DNA of 64,000 nt, taken from assembly GCF_037042905.1 (NCBI RefSeq), contig NC_087245.1, forward strand, positions 27,840,001 to 27,904,000. Reading direction: 5' to 3'. This stretch comes from Lytechinus pictus. Taxonomy: Eukaryota. The notes under the pieces are model-generated. The model ran no database searches. It had not been told where the DNA came from and saw only the letters and a program-made list of their open reading frames with translations. Made by a program: the position numbers and the translations under genes. The number at the start of each line of letters is the position of its first letter. Positions within the stretch are counted from its first letter, which is position 1. Shown piece by piece: positions 1 to 12,670 of the stretch.

Positions 1-420
1 CAATGCGACCAAGATCTGTGATGTCACACACGTACAACTCTCCCATTTGGACACTGAAAATATACCCCAAAACATCTCTTTTTGCTCATTCTAATCATAT
101 GACAAACGATTCATCAATGATATAATGTTGTGAAACCTCTGTACTTGTCATCTCATAAAGAGAACACCTCACCTTGTGATAGACTCTATAAAAGTGAGAA
201 TATAAGTGAAATAAGTACTAAAGTAATGAGGGAGTTGTACGTGTGTGATATCACAGATCTTGGTCGCATTGCCGTTGGGAGGATCTACATGGCACTAGTG
301 ATCTCAATATTCGAATGCTCATAACTTTCTTATTATTCATTCAATCTTCCTCAATATGTTTCTTTGATTTTTCTCTTTGATATGGATTCAGCTGGTTTCA
401 AGGGTTTCATTCTCCTTTAA
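1..420. mobile_element. Right part of a TTAA-flanked MITE with an internal palindrome (Kolobok/piggyBac-type ends)
   Basis: 1-44 is the inverted complement of ~230-271; ends ...GGGTTTCATTCTCCT|TTAA like other TTAA-AGG..CCT-TTAA copies in the window. Confidence 0.55.
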
Positions 421-607
421 ACAAAAAAGGAGTACACTGAATTAAAAAGAGAGATGAATATATGAATATACACCATATTTAGAAAAAATATTTTTTAGCA
501 AACATGCATTTTCGATTTTTTTTTTTACGATGGTGGCTTTCCATAGTTCTTGTTGGTTGGATTAATCGCAAACTCTTTGTAAGACAGGTCCTGTAGTATT
601 TGTATAC

Positions 608-1699
608 CTGCCACGGTGCCTCCTAGAAAAGCTCCAACTCCACCGGATATCTCAAGTAACCCGACGTAGACAGAAACATTTTTATCGGACACTCCACTCT
701 TTATGGCAATCATTCCCAGTACAGACCTACCTGCCACCGAAGCTCCCGAACAGAAAGCCGCAATTATCATGATGAAGAAATATCGAATGAAAACATTGCA
801 TAACAATGCAAGTATATTCAAAATAGTTACAAAGCAATATAGAGTGACAGGATCAACGAGTCTGTGAGTTAAGACACCAGACATGATACGTCCGCATAGG
901 TTGCCAACGGCAGCACCGAAGGTTATGAAGATTGTGTTTTTGACTGAAAGTCCTCTCTGGAGGCAGTATGGCACCAGGAAAGTATGCCAACCAATGTATA
1001 CAAACTCATGAAATGCATAAGACAAAACAATGAAAATTGAAGCGGGATTTCTCCTAAATTCAGTGTGTTTTAACCATGACATTATCTTGTTTATTGTTTT
1101 GTCATGATTATTGACATTTTCCTCACAGTTCATTTGAGTGGGCTCTCCTTGAGAAGATGGATCCGTTTTAATTTTGTCTTGAGAATCTCGTCCACTGCAA
1201 CAGTTTGTGACGAGTTCACTTTGTTCGTTATCATCTGCATCTGAAGCGTTTCTGGTTTCATTTTTTAATTCGCCTTTGTAGCTGTAGGGAGACGCTAATT
1301 CAGATACCTTGGGGCATGATACATTATGATGTTGTAAAGTTTCTTTATCGGCGACGTTGAAGTCACGTTCACCACAGGGAAGATCTCCTTCAGATGGAAC
1401 GGAATCCGATGAGTTGGTTTCCGAACCCTCCATGTGCAATGATGCCACAGTACCAGGACGTTCTGCAGGTATCCTCACGGCCAGGACAAAAGGGACTATG
1501 TTAAACATGATTCCACTAAAGATCAGTAGAACTCCCCGCCAATCATATGCTACAAGGAGACCCTCCGCTAACATAGGGAAAAGACAGATACCGACAGGAT
1601 AGCCACACGTTGAAATGCTGAGTAAGAGGTTGAAATTCGTTCCAGCCAAATTACACAGTGTCATGAATGATACGATCCAAACGATGCTGTACCCGAGGC
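608..1699 (-). CDS. SLC16/MCT-like transporter, third (large) coding exon; last exon(s) lie left of the window
   Basis: Acceptor TCCTCAG|GCCTC, donor GGCAG|GTATAC; contains YDWRGVLLIFSGI, a long hydrophilic central loop and the C-terminal TM bundle (GNLCGRIMSG...GAFLGGTVAG) typical of SLC16. Confidence 0.88.
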
Positions 1700-2400
1700 C
1701 TGAGGATTGTGAACAACAACATCAAAAGAAAATGATAGTGAAAGTTTCAATTTACAAAATGTTCAACCTATTGCCTTGATAAAAATCACCATTTATGACG
1801 TCCCAAATCCAAAACATAAAATTCTAATAACTTTCTTAATCTTTATTGGACTTTCCTCACACCTTCACCAATATTATTCATTATTTTTCTGCTATTCTCT
1901 CTTCAGGGTGAACTTCCCTTTGATAAGGTATATTAAGACAGCAATATTTCCCACATATCCGTAGGATTTCATCATTTTTAATAGGCAACTTAAAATCACA
2001 TTAATACAGCAATCAATATTTCAATCGTGAATTTTGCTTAAAATTTTGAATGCTGTGTTATCTATGAATACGATTTTGATGATAATTGAAGATATTTTAT
2101 TTTATAATTTGCATAATTTGTTTTATATCCACGTTTTCAAAAGATTATATCGTGACCTGTGATAGCGTATACTCGTTTCACAAGGCACTTTTATTACCGA
2201 TAATCATGATCCTCTTTTTTGTTCCCATTTCGCCTCCATTACCAGTGGGAAAATGAGTTTTCTCTGAACAATGTCAACTATATAATCCCTTTTGATCCCA
2301 GTTTGGTATTTCTTTTTCCTATTCTTCTGAAGTTGTCGTTATTGATGAGCAGTGGCGGACCGTGACCTGGAGGAGACAAAACATTGGAGGGGCACTGTAT

Positions 2401-2783
2401 CCTCAGGCAAGATCCTCAGTGATACACTATCACCCGTATGTCCAAGTTTCATGAACTAGGTCCATATACTTTAGAAGTTATGATGACATTTCACAAACTT
2501 AACCTTGGTTAAGATTTCGATATTGATTTCACCAACATGGTCTAAGTTCATTTTTTTACCCTAAATGACATTTGACCTTGGTCATGTGATCTGAAACTAA
2601 GGCAGGATGTTCAGTAATACTTCATTACCCTTATGTTAAAGTTTCATGAACTAGGTCCATATACTTTCTAAGTTATAATGACATTTCAAAACTTTAACCT
2701 TGGTTAAGATTTCAATGTTGACGACGCCGCCGTCGGAAAAGCGGCGCCTATAGTCTCGCTCTGCTATGCAGGCGAGATAAAAA
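2401..2783. mobile_element. Fragment of a Helentron/HINE-like repeat
   Basis: Two ~190-bp tandem units (AAGTTTCATGAACTAGGTCCATATACTTT) and a terminal hairpin TCTCGC-TCTGC..GCAG-GCGAGA followed by an A-run. Confidence 0.45.
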
Positions 2784-2901
2784 TCAATGACAAGGCTGAT
2801 GACAGGCCTATTTCTTATCACTATCTTGAATTTATTGCAAGGATAATTGGAAAATTTGAATTCTAGGCATCTATAAACCTTGAAAACCATTATTTACTCA
2901 C

Positions 2902-3045
2902 CTGTCATTGCGAGACAGAGGCTTACAGATGCATTGGTGGTACATACTGATAGTAAGGTGAAACTAAATGACGACACTACAGCACCGAATAGCAGAAGCT
3001 GACGACGTATGTTACAGTTTTCGTATATCCAAGCAATAAGGGGGG
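2902..3045 (-). CDS. SLC16/MCT-like transporter, second coding exon
   Basis: Acceptor TTTTCAG|CCCC, donor ACAG|GTGAGT; 144 nt, phase 1-1; translates (A)PLIAWIYENCNIRRQLLLFGAVVSSFSFTLLSVCTTNASVSLCLAMT(G), in frame with both neighbouring exons. Confidence 0.85.
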
Positions 3046-4546
3046 CTGAAAATTTTAAAGAAGAAATTGTTAACCGGAAAAGAGGGCGTTATAATTGTTA
3101 AAACGAACAAACGGCGTGGATTTTATTTATCATTCATCAAATAAATCAACCGTCATGGTTTATATATACGTTATCATGGTTATATAGGTTTATCCGAACC
3201 TTTTGTAGTAATTTTGTTTCATCCACAAGGCAAATCACCCAAAGACCATAGATTACAAGATAAGACATCTCAGTTCAGCGTGCTTCCGTACAGTCCCTTT
3301 CTCAACGGGAATTGCGTAGAGTTGCGTAGGAAGTACGCGAAAATTCGTTGCGTACTCATGACAAAAATAACAACAAATAAATGATAGGCGTAGTCCCTGA
3401 ATGGGGTAGCGTAGGGTTGTGTTACTTGTCTACTAGTGGAGCGGTTATGTGACAAAAAATGGCCAAGATGCTCGGATCTGGCAGAAAGTGTGAAATTTGG
3501 CATACAGGGGTATTTTTAGGCGCTGATTAAAAAAATTGCCGGCCCCAAGCGATTTGACCATCGGGTCGGCCGCCATTTTGAAATCCAAGATGGCCGCCAT
3601 GAAAAATCACTAAATGTCAATTTCTTGAGTTTTACATGGCATGTGACACTGAAATTTTGGCATATATGGGTATTTTGAGGCACTGATTTCAAATATTGCC
3701 GGCCCCCAGCGATTTGACCATTTGGTCGGCGGCAAAATGGCCGCCATCTTGAAATCCAAGATGGCCGCCATGATATATTATTGCAATCATTTTCTCGAGT
3801 TTTACATGATATGTGACACTGAAATTTGGCATATAGGCTGAATGTTGGGTGCTGATTTCAAATATTGCCGGCCCCAAGTGATTTGACCATTGGGTCGGCT
3901 GCCATTTTGAAATCCAAGATGGCCGCCATGAGAAATCATTAATGTCATTTTCTCGAGTTTTACATGACATGTGACACTGAAATTTGGTATGTTGGGGTAT
4001 TTTTAGGCTCTGATTTCAAATATTGCCAGCCCCCAGCTATTTGACCATTTGGTCGGCGGCAAAATGGCCGCCATCTTGAAATCCAAGATGGCCGCCATGA
4101 TATATTATTGCAATAATTTTCTCGAGTTTTACATATGTGACACTGAAATTTGGCATATAGGCTGAATTTTGGGTGCTGATTTCAAATATTGCCGGCCTCA
4201 AGCGATTCGACCATCGGGTCAGCCGCCATTTGAAATCCAAGATGGCCGCCATGAAAAATCATTGAACTCGTTTTCTTGAATTTTACATAATATGTGCTAC
4301 TGAAATTTATAGTATATTGGTATCTGGGTAAGTTCATTTGAAAAGTTGCTGGCTCCAAGCAATCTGACAATTGGTCAGCGGAAAAATGGCCATCATCTTG
4401 AATTCGAAGCTGACTGCCATAGAAATATTGCAATTATTTCGTCGAGTTTTATATGATCTGCGGTATTGCACTTTGACATATAGAAGTAGTGTTTGGAGCT
4501 TATTTCAAATATTGCTGGCCCTCAGCGATCTCATCCCCTGAGTCAG

Positions 4547-4943
4547 GGTTATACGGGCCAAAGATATTCATTCGAGCCAACCCATTTAATTCTTTTTTTT
4601 TTTTGATAGGCCTATTGCTGATTGACAAAAATGAATGAATATGATTGATAATCTTACACTGATTCTAGGGAGGGTAACTTTACTGAACTTCCTTTTATCA
4701 AATTGGGAAGATATATCACCATTTTGGAACTACTTTTATACTGGCGGGAAAAGTATTGCCATTTTACTGTCTCAAGTGATGAATTTGATCCTGTCGGGTG
4801 TAGTCTTCATAAATGCCGATTTATTTTTAAAATGAGCTGGTCGGGGTACCCACATTCAATTCTCGAATTTCATCCTTATTTTTTTTTTTAGAGCGCCTCT
4901 TTAACACACGAGTCTATGGGAAATGTTTTAGGCCCGTGATACC
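4547..4943. mobile_element. Small TIR element inserted in the left Academ arm
   Basis: TIRs GGTTATACGGGCCAAAAGATATT / AAATGTTTTAGGCCCGTGATACC; TCAG duplicated at both sides; the opposite arm (~8661-8690) shows the empty site. Confidence 0.75.
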
Positions 4944-5820
4944 TCAGTTGCAAAATGGCAGCCATCTTGAAATCCAAGATGGCTGCCATAAAAAAATCAT
5001 TTAAAAAATCAAGTATCATAATTATAACGTAGGTATTATTTTTGAATTTGGCATCTTCGGGTATTGAAATTTCCCCCAGTAATCTGTCCAATAGATATGC
5101 TGCAAAATGGCCACCATCTTGAAATCTAGAGAGGATCGACTGTCATGAAAATTCATTAAAATCATTTTCTTGAGTTTTAAATGATTTGAGGCACTGCATT
5201 TTAGACATACAGGCAGGTTTTGGCCTGCTGGTTTTAGAATATTGCTGCCCCAGTGATTGATCCACCAGGTCACCTGAAAATGACCGCCACTTTGAAATCT
5301 AAGATGGCTACTACGAAATATCTTTCAAAAATGTTTTCCTGAATTCTACATTACCTGTGACACTGTAAATTGGTATCATGAAGCAAAAACTTGTATTGTA
5401 TGTTAATTTCAAATATGGATAGATAATGAACATATAACACATAACACACTTTATCTGCCATTTTAAATTCCCATATGACACAAAGGACTTGATTACTTAG
5501 CTTAGTTCTAAATATTGATTATTGTGGGGGAAAATAAGTACAATATGATAGCACGAATCGAAATTCATGTATGGTATTACTGATGGCAATCCAATTATTG
5601 TTGCTATCAATCATTTATATGCTAGACGGTTGACAGTGAATCTTACATATCTCCAGGAATTACTTTGGAACGATTCAATTGATAACCATCGTGGGTTCGA
5701 CAATCTGACAATGAATGGGAGCATGTTCGCCTCAAAATCGGGAGATCAAGGTCCGACAGCATCAGACCAAAAGATGTTAAAAGAGGGGAGTTGATTCTAC
5801 CCTGTTTGGCGGTCAACGAA

Positions 5821-8124
5821 TTAAAGGGGAAGTTCACCCTGACAAAAAGTTAATTTGAAACAATAACAGAATAAACTAGAACTGCAATCGTTTCAGAACG
5901 ATGTGCATGCATTGACGCGTCTGATTGAAAGGTCAAGTCTACCTCAGAAAAATGTTGATTTGAATCAATAGGGAAAAATCAGACAAGCGCAATGCTGAAA
6001 ATTTCATCAAAATCGGATTTAAAATAAGAAAGTTATGACATTTCAAAGTTTCGCTCATTTCTAACAAAATAGTTATATGAACGAGCCAGTTACATGCAAA
6101 TGAGAGAGATGAAGATGTCAATCACTCAAAATGGTGCATGCACTGTCATGCATTAATGATATTAGAAAATGAAATAAGAGGTATACAATAATGCATCATG
6201 GACAACATGTCTACCAAGTCAGAATGAATTTGGATAAGTGGAGGCAGGGAGGACTAAGAAAAATTACATGTTAATCAAAGTGGATTTTGGTACATTTTGC
6301 CCTCCATAGGAAGTTACATTCTCGAGTCAAACAGATTTCGTCCATTTTTAGACCATGGCCGCTCAACAAAGAGAGAGAAGGGAGAAAAAGACACAGAGAG
6401 AGTGATATGAATAAGCATACACATTTCCCTGACAGTTCATAAACGTAACTCGGTGTAAAGTACATAGCAGAACGATGTGCATGCATAATACGTTATGCCA
6501 TAGACATTGTGTACAATTTTGTTGTTGATAATATGTGCATTGTGAGCAGTATACCATGTGTTCAGATTGGCTTATCTTGAAATTTTCTGTTGTAACCTAT
6601 GTCGTATTTGGTATCAGTGGAAAGAGCATTCCAATGCGGTGACATTGATACCCCTTTTATTTGTGCGCAGGCAATAGACCGGAAGTAAATGCCATATAAA
6701 GAAAGACATTCAAAATGAAGGTTTTTCACAATAATTTTAAGCTGACGTGAGCTCTATGTCATTTTCTGTCACAAAAGGTTAACGAACGGTTAAAGTATAT
6801 ATCAATACTCATATCTGCCAAGTTAGAAAGGATAAGCTTCAATAATAAGGAAATAAGAGCAAGTTGAAGTTGTGCTGGCATTATAGTGCATTTTTGCGTA
6901 TTTTGCTGATTTTCGGGAGCATTTTTCAGATATTTCGTCAGTGGTAAGGTATATATTTTTCTAAATGGCATGAAAGGGCATATCTTGAACACCCTAAATC
7001 TAAGAAAGGGTACGGGTTTGGCCATGCATGACGCAATGAGGAGCATTCAAAGGTAAGCGTTTTTGAGACTTTAGAGGGCGCTATTTCAATACCGGAAGGT
7101 CAATGATGCGTGAAAACTGACTCGTATGTATGATATGTTGCCAGTATCGATTCCCGTAAATATGAGCTCGAATTGAATAAAAACCAGAAAGTTATGGCCA
7201 TTTTAGGATTTTTTTACTTTACATTTCAATAAATATGACGTTTCTGAAGGAAGGCTATTTCGGATTTGAATTTAGGGCATGAAGATGGCATTTTAAAGGT
7301 CAAGTTATACGTCGCAAATGATGAAGCAACTCTTTGACTATCTATAGCAATTTGTTAAAAGTCTGTAGCATGCATGATGCGGGAGTTAGGACGAGATTAG
7401 TAATGGTATGCAAATGGACTTGAAATTTACAAAATGGCGCCTTGATGGTCATGCATGAGCGATTTTGGAAAATGGAAGACGAGGTGCACAACTAGAGATG
7501 CTGGACAACATGTCTACCAAGTTTGGATGAATTTGGATGAGGGACGGAGCCAGGGCAGAGCTAACAAAAACCATGTGTTAAACAAATGGGATTTTGTGGA
7601 AGAAGAAGAAGAAGACGACGGAATAGGAATACGGAACAAGAACAATGCATTGTCGCCATTGGGCGTCAATGCAACAAGAACAATGCATTGTCGCCATTGG
7701 GCGTCAATGCAATAATGAAAAATATATTGAAGGTTTGAGGAAATTCCATAAAATATTTAAAAAGCTATTGGAATTTCATTTGGTGTATTTGTGACGTCAG
7801 ATGCAAGCAGTTCCCCCATGTTTCTTATAGTACAAAATCAATGAAATGTAGCCTCCTAAAAAAAAGAAAATGTTTTTTATTGAACCCTCAGTATATCAAC
7901 AAACAAATAATTTCACACCCGCTCCAGAAAGAAAGAAAAAAACCCATGATGAACCATTGATGCATTTTATATCACACAACATAATGGGGCAGCTGCTCGT
8001 ACAGTATATGACGTCACAAATCAAAAACTTAAAATTCTAATATCTTTGATGGATTTACCAATATCTTTTTTATATCATATTTTCTTGTGTTTTTACAACA
8101 AACTTTTCTCCGGGGTGAACTTCC
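5821..8124. mobile_element. TTAA-type MITE (AGGGGAAGTTCACCC termini) interrupted by a Helentron-like element
   Basis: TTAAAGGGGAAGTTCACCCTGAC at 5821, GGGGTGAACTTCC at ~8112-8124; related copies at ~1790-1922, 49848-50280 and 58499-59433. Confidence 0.65.
5876..7713 (-). mobile_element. Non-autonomous Helitron2/Helentron-like element
   Basis: Minus-strand 3' end: hairpin ATCGTT-CTGA-AACGAT a few nt before CTAG|TTT; subterminal IR GCATTGACGC (~5909) versus GCGTCAATGC (~7663, ~7701); 5' hairpin is tandemly duplicated; inserted in an A/T run without TSD. Confidence 0.65.
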
Positions 8125-8849
8125 AACGTCCGATGTGGCGCTGCTAAGTTGCTGGCGGGCTCACGATCTACAGGGTATGGGCAAAATAAATTTTCGGAGC
8201 ATTTCTGTTACTGAATTCTATTTTGAACAATAAAATATGTATTATCATCCATCATTAATATTAATTTCATCATCTTCATCATCATACCACTATATAACCA
8301 TCAGTACTTCAAGTCTGGAGCAGTTTTCTTCATGTCGATTTGTAATAAAATATCACAATTATTGGAACAATATTCTGAAACCAGCAAGCCAAAAACCTGC
8401 CTGTATGTCTAAAATGCAGTGCCTCAAATTATTTAAAACCAAGAAAATGATTTTAATGAATTTTCATGACAGTCGATCCTCTTTAGATTTCAAGATGGTG
8501 GCCATTTTGCAGCATATCTATTGGACAGATTACTGGGGGCAATTTCAATATCCCTAGACTCCAAATTTTAAAATAATACATTACGTGATACTAGATAAAG
8601 TGATTTTTTTTTCAATTATCTTTTTTCATGGCAGCCATCTTGGATTTCAAGATGGCTGACATTTTGCTTCTGACTCAGGGGATCAGATCGCTGAGGGCCA
8701 GCAATATTTGAAATAAGCACCCCGCACTCCGTCGATATGTCAAAGTGCAATACTGCAGATCATATACAACTCAAAGAAATCATTTACAGCCTCTCAACAG
8801 AAAATGATTATTCCGGATGGTTATTATTCAACCAAAGCCACTTCAAATG

Positions 8850-8985
8850 TGTAACTGCAGAAGAAGCTAGCTGGTTTGTGCATTTATGGTGCTTCATACT
8901 TACGTAACATCTATATCAGCAATTAAGGGTGCCAAAGTATTATAATCCTTGCAACGGACAAAGATGTGGTTGTGTTGGATTTGTT
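8850..8985 (+). pseudogene. Academ transposase relic (XPG/PIN-like motif region)
   Basis: GAAGAAGCT (EEA) at 8860 followed by IIILATDKDVVVL at 8939-8977, resembling the HEEADTR...DTDVVVL motif pair; frameshifted. Confidence 0.5.
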
Positions 8986-11135
8986 TTCAGTGCCAATACA
9001 ATGGGTTTTACTCACCATTATAATGTTGTACATCATTTAAACTTGGTAACCATATTGGAATTCAAAATAGCATCTATTCATTATGTTTTTTTCATTGATC
9101 AAGGATGCAAAGATCAAGTTTTTCTCCAAATTCAAAGTGTTACAGGCCATACGTAAGACTTGAGCAAATTATCTTTCATGGTGGCCATCTTGTATTTCAA
9201 AATGGCAACCAAACAGGGGTCTGACAATAATCAGTGCCTAAATATATGCCTATATGACAACTTCAAGGGCCAGAGTTCATATAAAACTCAATACAATTAT
9301 CATTGCTTTTAATTCTTGGCGGTCATTTTGCCGAAACCCGGTGGTTACATTACTGGTGGCCGGAAAATATCAGTGCCACGTACTTTTGTATGCCAAATTT
9401 TGGTGTCATATATAATGTAAAATCCAAGAAAATTATTTTGATATGGTTTTTCATGACAGCCATCTTGCCGCTGAACTGATAATCAGATCACTTGTGGCTG
9501 GCAATATTTGAAATCAGCACATGATTTTTAGTGATTTTCTTGGCGGCCATCTTAGATTTCAAGATGGCGGCTGACCTGGTGGTAAGACTATTTGAAATAA
9601 GTGCCCTAAACTACACCTACACTGTATATGCTAAATTTCAATACCATAGCTCATACAAAACTAGAGAAAATTATTGCAACAATATTTCATGGCGGACATC
9701 TTGGATTTTAAGATGGCGGCCGCTTTGCCGCTGACCTGGAGGTCAAATTGCTAGGGGCCGGCAATATTTGAAATCAGTGCCTCAAAATACCCCTCTATGC
9801 CAAATTTCAGTGTCACATATCATGTAAAACTCAAGAAAATGATATTAATGATTTTTTTATGGCGGCCATCTTGGATTTCAAAATTGCGGCCATTTAGCCG
9901 CCGACCAAATAGTCAAATTGCTGGGGGCCGGCAATATTTGAAATCAGTGCCTAAAAATACCCCTCTATGCCACATTTCAGTGTCACACGTCATGTAAGAC
10001 TCAAGAAAATGACATTAATGATTTCTCATGGCGGCCATCTTGGATTTCAAAATGGCGGCCGACCCGTTGGTCAAATCACTTGGGGCCGGCAATATTTGAA
10101 ATCATCACCCCAAATTAAGCCTACATGCCAAATTTCAATACCGCAGTTCATATAAAACTCGAGAAAATGATTGCAATAATATATCATGGCGGCCATCTTG
10201 GATTTCAAGATGGCGGCCATTTTGCCGCCGTCCAAATGTTCAAAATGCTGGGGGCCGGCAATATTCGAAATCAGTGCCTCAAAATACCCCTTTATGCCAA
10301 ATTTCAGTGTCACATGCCATGTAAAACTCAAGAAATTGACATTTAGTGATTTTTCATGGCGGCCATCTTGGATTTCAAAATGGCGGCCGACCCGATGGTC
10401 AAATCACTTGGGGCCGGCAATTTTTGAAATCAGCGCCCCAAAATACCCCTGTATGCCAAATTTCACACTTTCTGCCAGATTCGAGCATCTTTTTCACATA
10501 TCTACTGGACTATACGTACACTTGGTTGGTCAGGTATAGTATTAAGTCCGTAGCGTTGCGACTGATTGCGTATGGATTCCTTGCGCAAGCGTAGATAAAA
10601 ACAACAAAAACTTGATGAGTAACAGTAGGATCCAGCATTAGTACGCAAAATTTGAGTAACTACAAGCAACTTTACGTGAATGTACGGCAGGTCTACCCAA
10701 GTCGATGACCAACAATACGCTGCACTACGCCATTCAATGCGGCAGTCTCAAAAGGTGTTCTAAGGGGTTTTAAGAAACCGCGGCATTTTGGCGTAGTCTT
10801 GGGTATGAGTGGCGTGCAGTTGCATTGTGTTGCGTAGGCTTACGTATGTCCTGCGATTTTTATTGGGGGGGGGGGGCTGGCTCTTAGCAAATAGTACCAA
10901 AAAATCTCATGTTCATTTTTTCCTTTCCTCCCGCGTACCCATTTTGCTTTCCTCAGTGAATACTTGCGTATGCAAAACGAATGGCGGCGGAGTGTTGCGT
11001 AGCCTAGTCTAGTACATAATTCTACGCAAATCCGGCGATGTGAAAGCCTCTGTTAGCATGATAAGGTCTCCGAGCGCGCGAATTGCAGTGAGAACAGAAC
11101 CAGCTCAAATAATGACGTTTTCCATAGTGTAAAAC

Positions 11136-11472
11136 GTAAAAACACGGTAGATATTGCAGTGACGGAAGGATATCAAGGCTTTCTTGCATTCGATGAAACT
11201 AAGGTTATTTAACAAAAACCCGTCCTAGAAAGGGATCATTCATTACTCTGAATCTCGTATAAAATTATAATATAAATTAGCACAACAACATGTAAACCTT
11301 CAAGAAAATGACACATAGAATTGCAGGCATACAGTATAACGTATACTTCTACTGTATGTGAACTCGGCCTACAAATTTTGAGGAAGCCTTTTGATATCCT
11401 TCCGTCACAGCAATATATACCAAATTCGATTATTTAAGGGCTTGTTGGCATTATGGCGAACCGTGTTTTTAC
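11136..11472. mobile_element. MITE
   Basis: TIR GTAAAAACACGGT / ACCGTGTTTTTAC plus inner IR ATATTGCAGTGACGGAAGGATATCAA / TTGATATCCTTCCGTCACAGCAATAT. Confidence 0.7.
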
Positions 11473-12165
11473 TCTGATGTATACACTCCGATGCAACTTG
11501 TAAATGACATGGATTTTGAATATTAAAGTGTTTTTAGAAATTCTGATGGATGTTTCAAAAAGAAGGAATGTATTTTTGTACATGTATTTCGCGTACATTT
11601 TCAGACCTGAGAGTTCTGCTAAATTAAGGGAGAATGTATCCTCAATCTTTGATATACCTTTCTTATTTGGAAAATTTAATGAAATTTACATCCGACTGAC
11701 GAGGAAATAAGGATACAACTCAGTTGTGTGCTTGTGTGAGGTTTAACACTGGCCCTTATATATATTGCGTAATTCTATCTGAGTGTCATTTTTGCAAAAT
11801 TCAAGGACAATTGAAAAAAAGCGTGGTGTAGATATAGATAAATATCTAGATAGAAATCTGTTTTATGAAAATTAGATTTTCATTTTAATTGTGGAACGTC
11901 CTTTTAATAGACGAATCTTTGTGTGTTAACCGATATTCATTGAAATCTCTGTAATGACAAATTACCGCTGTTTGCCTGAAGATTACTTGATGATTTTGAA
12001 GACCTCTCCATTTCTCTATAATTTGGCGTTATATGATTAACCAGCCACACCTCTCCATGTCAATTCCTTTCAATGAATCCACTGACAATTTGAATTTGGC
12101 CCTATTCATTAATTTTTGAGCTAAATCATGAAGACAGTGTTCCGTCACTCACCCCCCCCCCCCCC

Positions 12166-12670
12166 ACACGGTGCCGGGTAAAAATGGCAGAGGTAAAAAT
12201 GGCAGAGGTAAAAATGTCAGAGGTAAAAATGTCAGAGGTAAAAATGTCAGAGTTAAAAATGGCAGAGGTAATAATGGCAGAAGTAAAAATGGCAGAGGTA
12301 AAAATGGCAGAGGTAAAAATGGCAGAGGTAATAATGGCAGAGGCAAAAATGACAGAGGTAAAGATCATGACATGCTAAATCACCAAGGAAAAGATAGAGC
12401 CTTTCCAGTTAATATCAGTCGTAATTATTGACCTTGAATGGACTCCTATCGACAAAATGAGTATTATGAACTGATGAGATATTATTTGGATTTTTTAATC
12501 ATTTTAGGTCTATACTTTATTGTTGATATGATTAAACTCAAACCTCTGCCATTTTTACCTCTGCCATTTTTACCTCAGCCATTTTTACCTCTGCCATTTT
12601 TACCTCTGCCATTTTTACCTTTGCCATTTTTACCTCTGCCATTTTTACCTCTGCCATTTTTACACCGAGC
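12166..12670. mobile_element. Foldback MITE with inverted arrays of a 15-bp repeat (AAAAATGGCAGAGGT)
   Basis: About 12 units on + (12180-12365) and about 8 inverted units (12542-12663) around a short spacer. Confidence 0.8.

Larger units (their letters stand above)
3434..10512. mobile_element. Academ-type DNA transposon (non-autonomous foldback) with long arrays of subterminal repeats
   Basis: Termini TAGT...ACTA flanked by TAC/TAC (3431-3433, 10513-10515); ~3460-5300 is inverted relative to ~8360-10490; the arms are built from ~120-140 bp units containing GCCATCTTGAAATCCAAGATGGC. Confidence 0.8.
3292..11051. mobile_element. Old MITE rich in GCGTAG/CTACGC motifs, split by the Academ insertion (parts 3292-3433 and 10513-11051)
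   Basis: Imperfect TIR CTTTCTCA..GGAATTGCGTAGA versus TCTACGCAAATCCGG..TGTGAAAG; the same motif content lies on both sides of the insertion. Confidence 0.5.

Noticed and set aside
525..607. C-terminus of ORF 525-1664 (IQILQDLSYK...)
   Set aside because: Read-through into the intron beyond the donor at 608/607.
3270..10594. Many short MAAILDFK / HGGHLGFQ ORFs
   Set aside because: Translations of transposon subterminal repeats on both strands.
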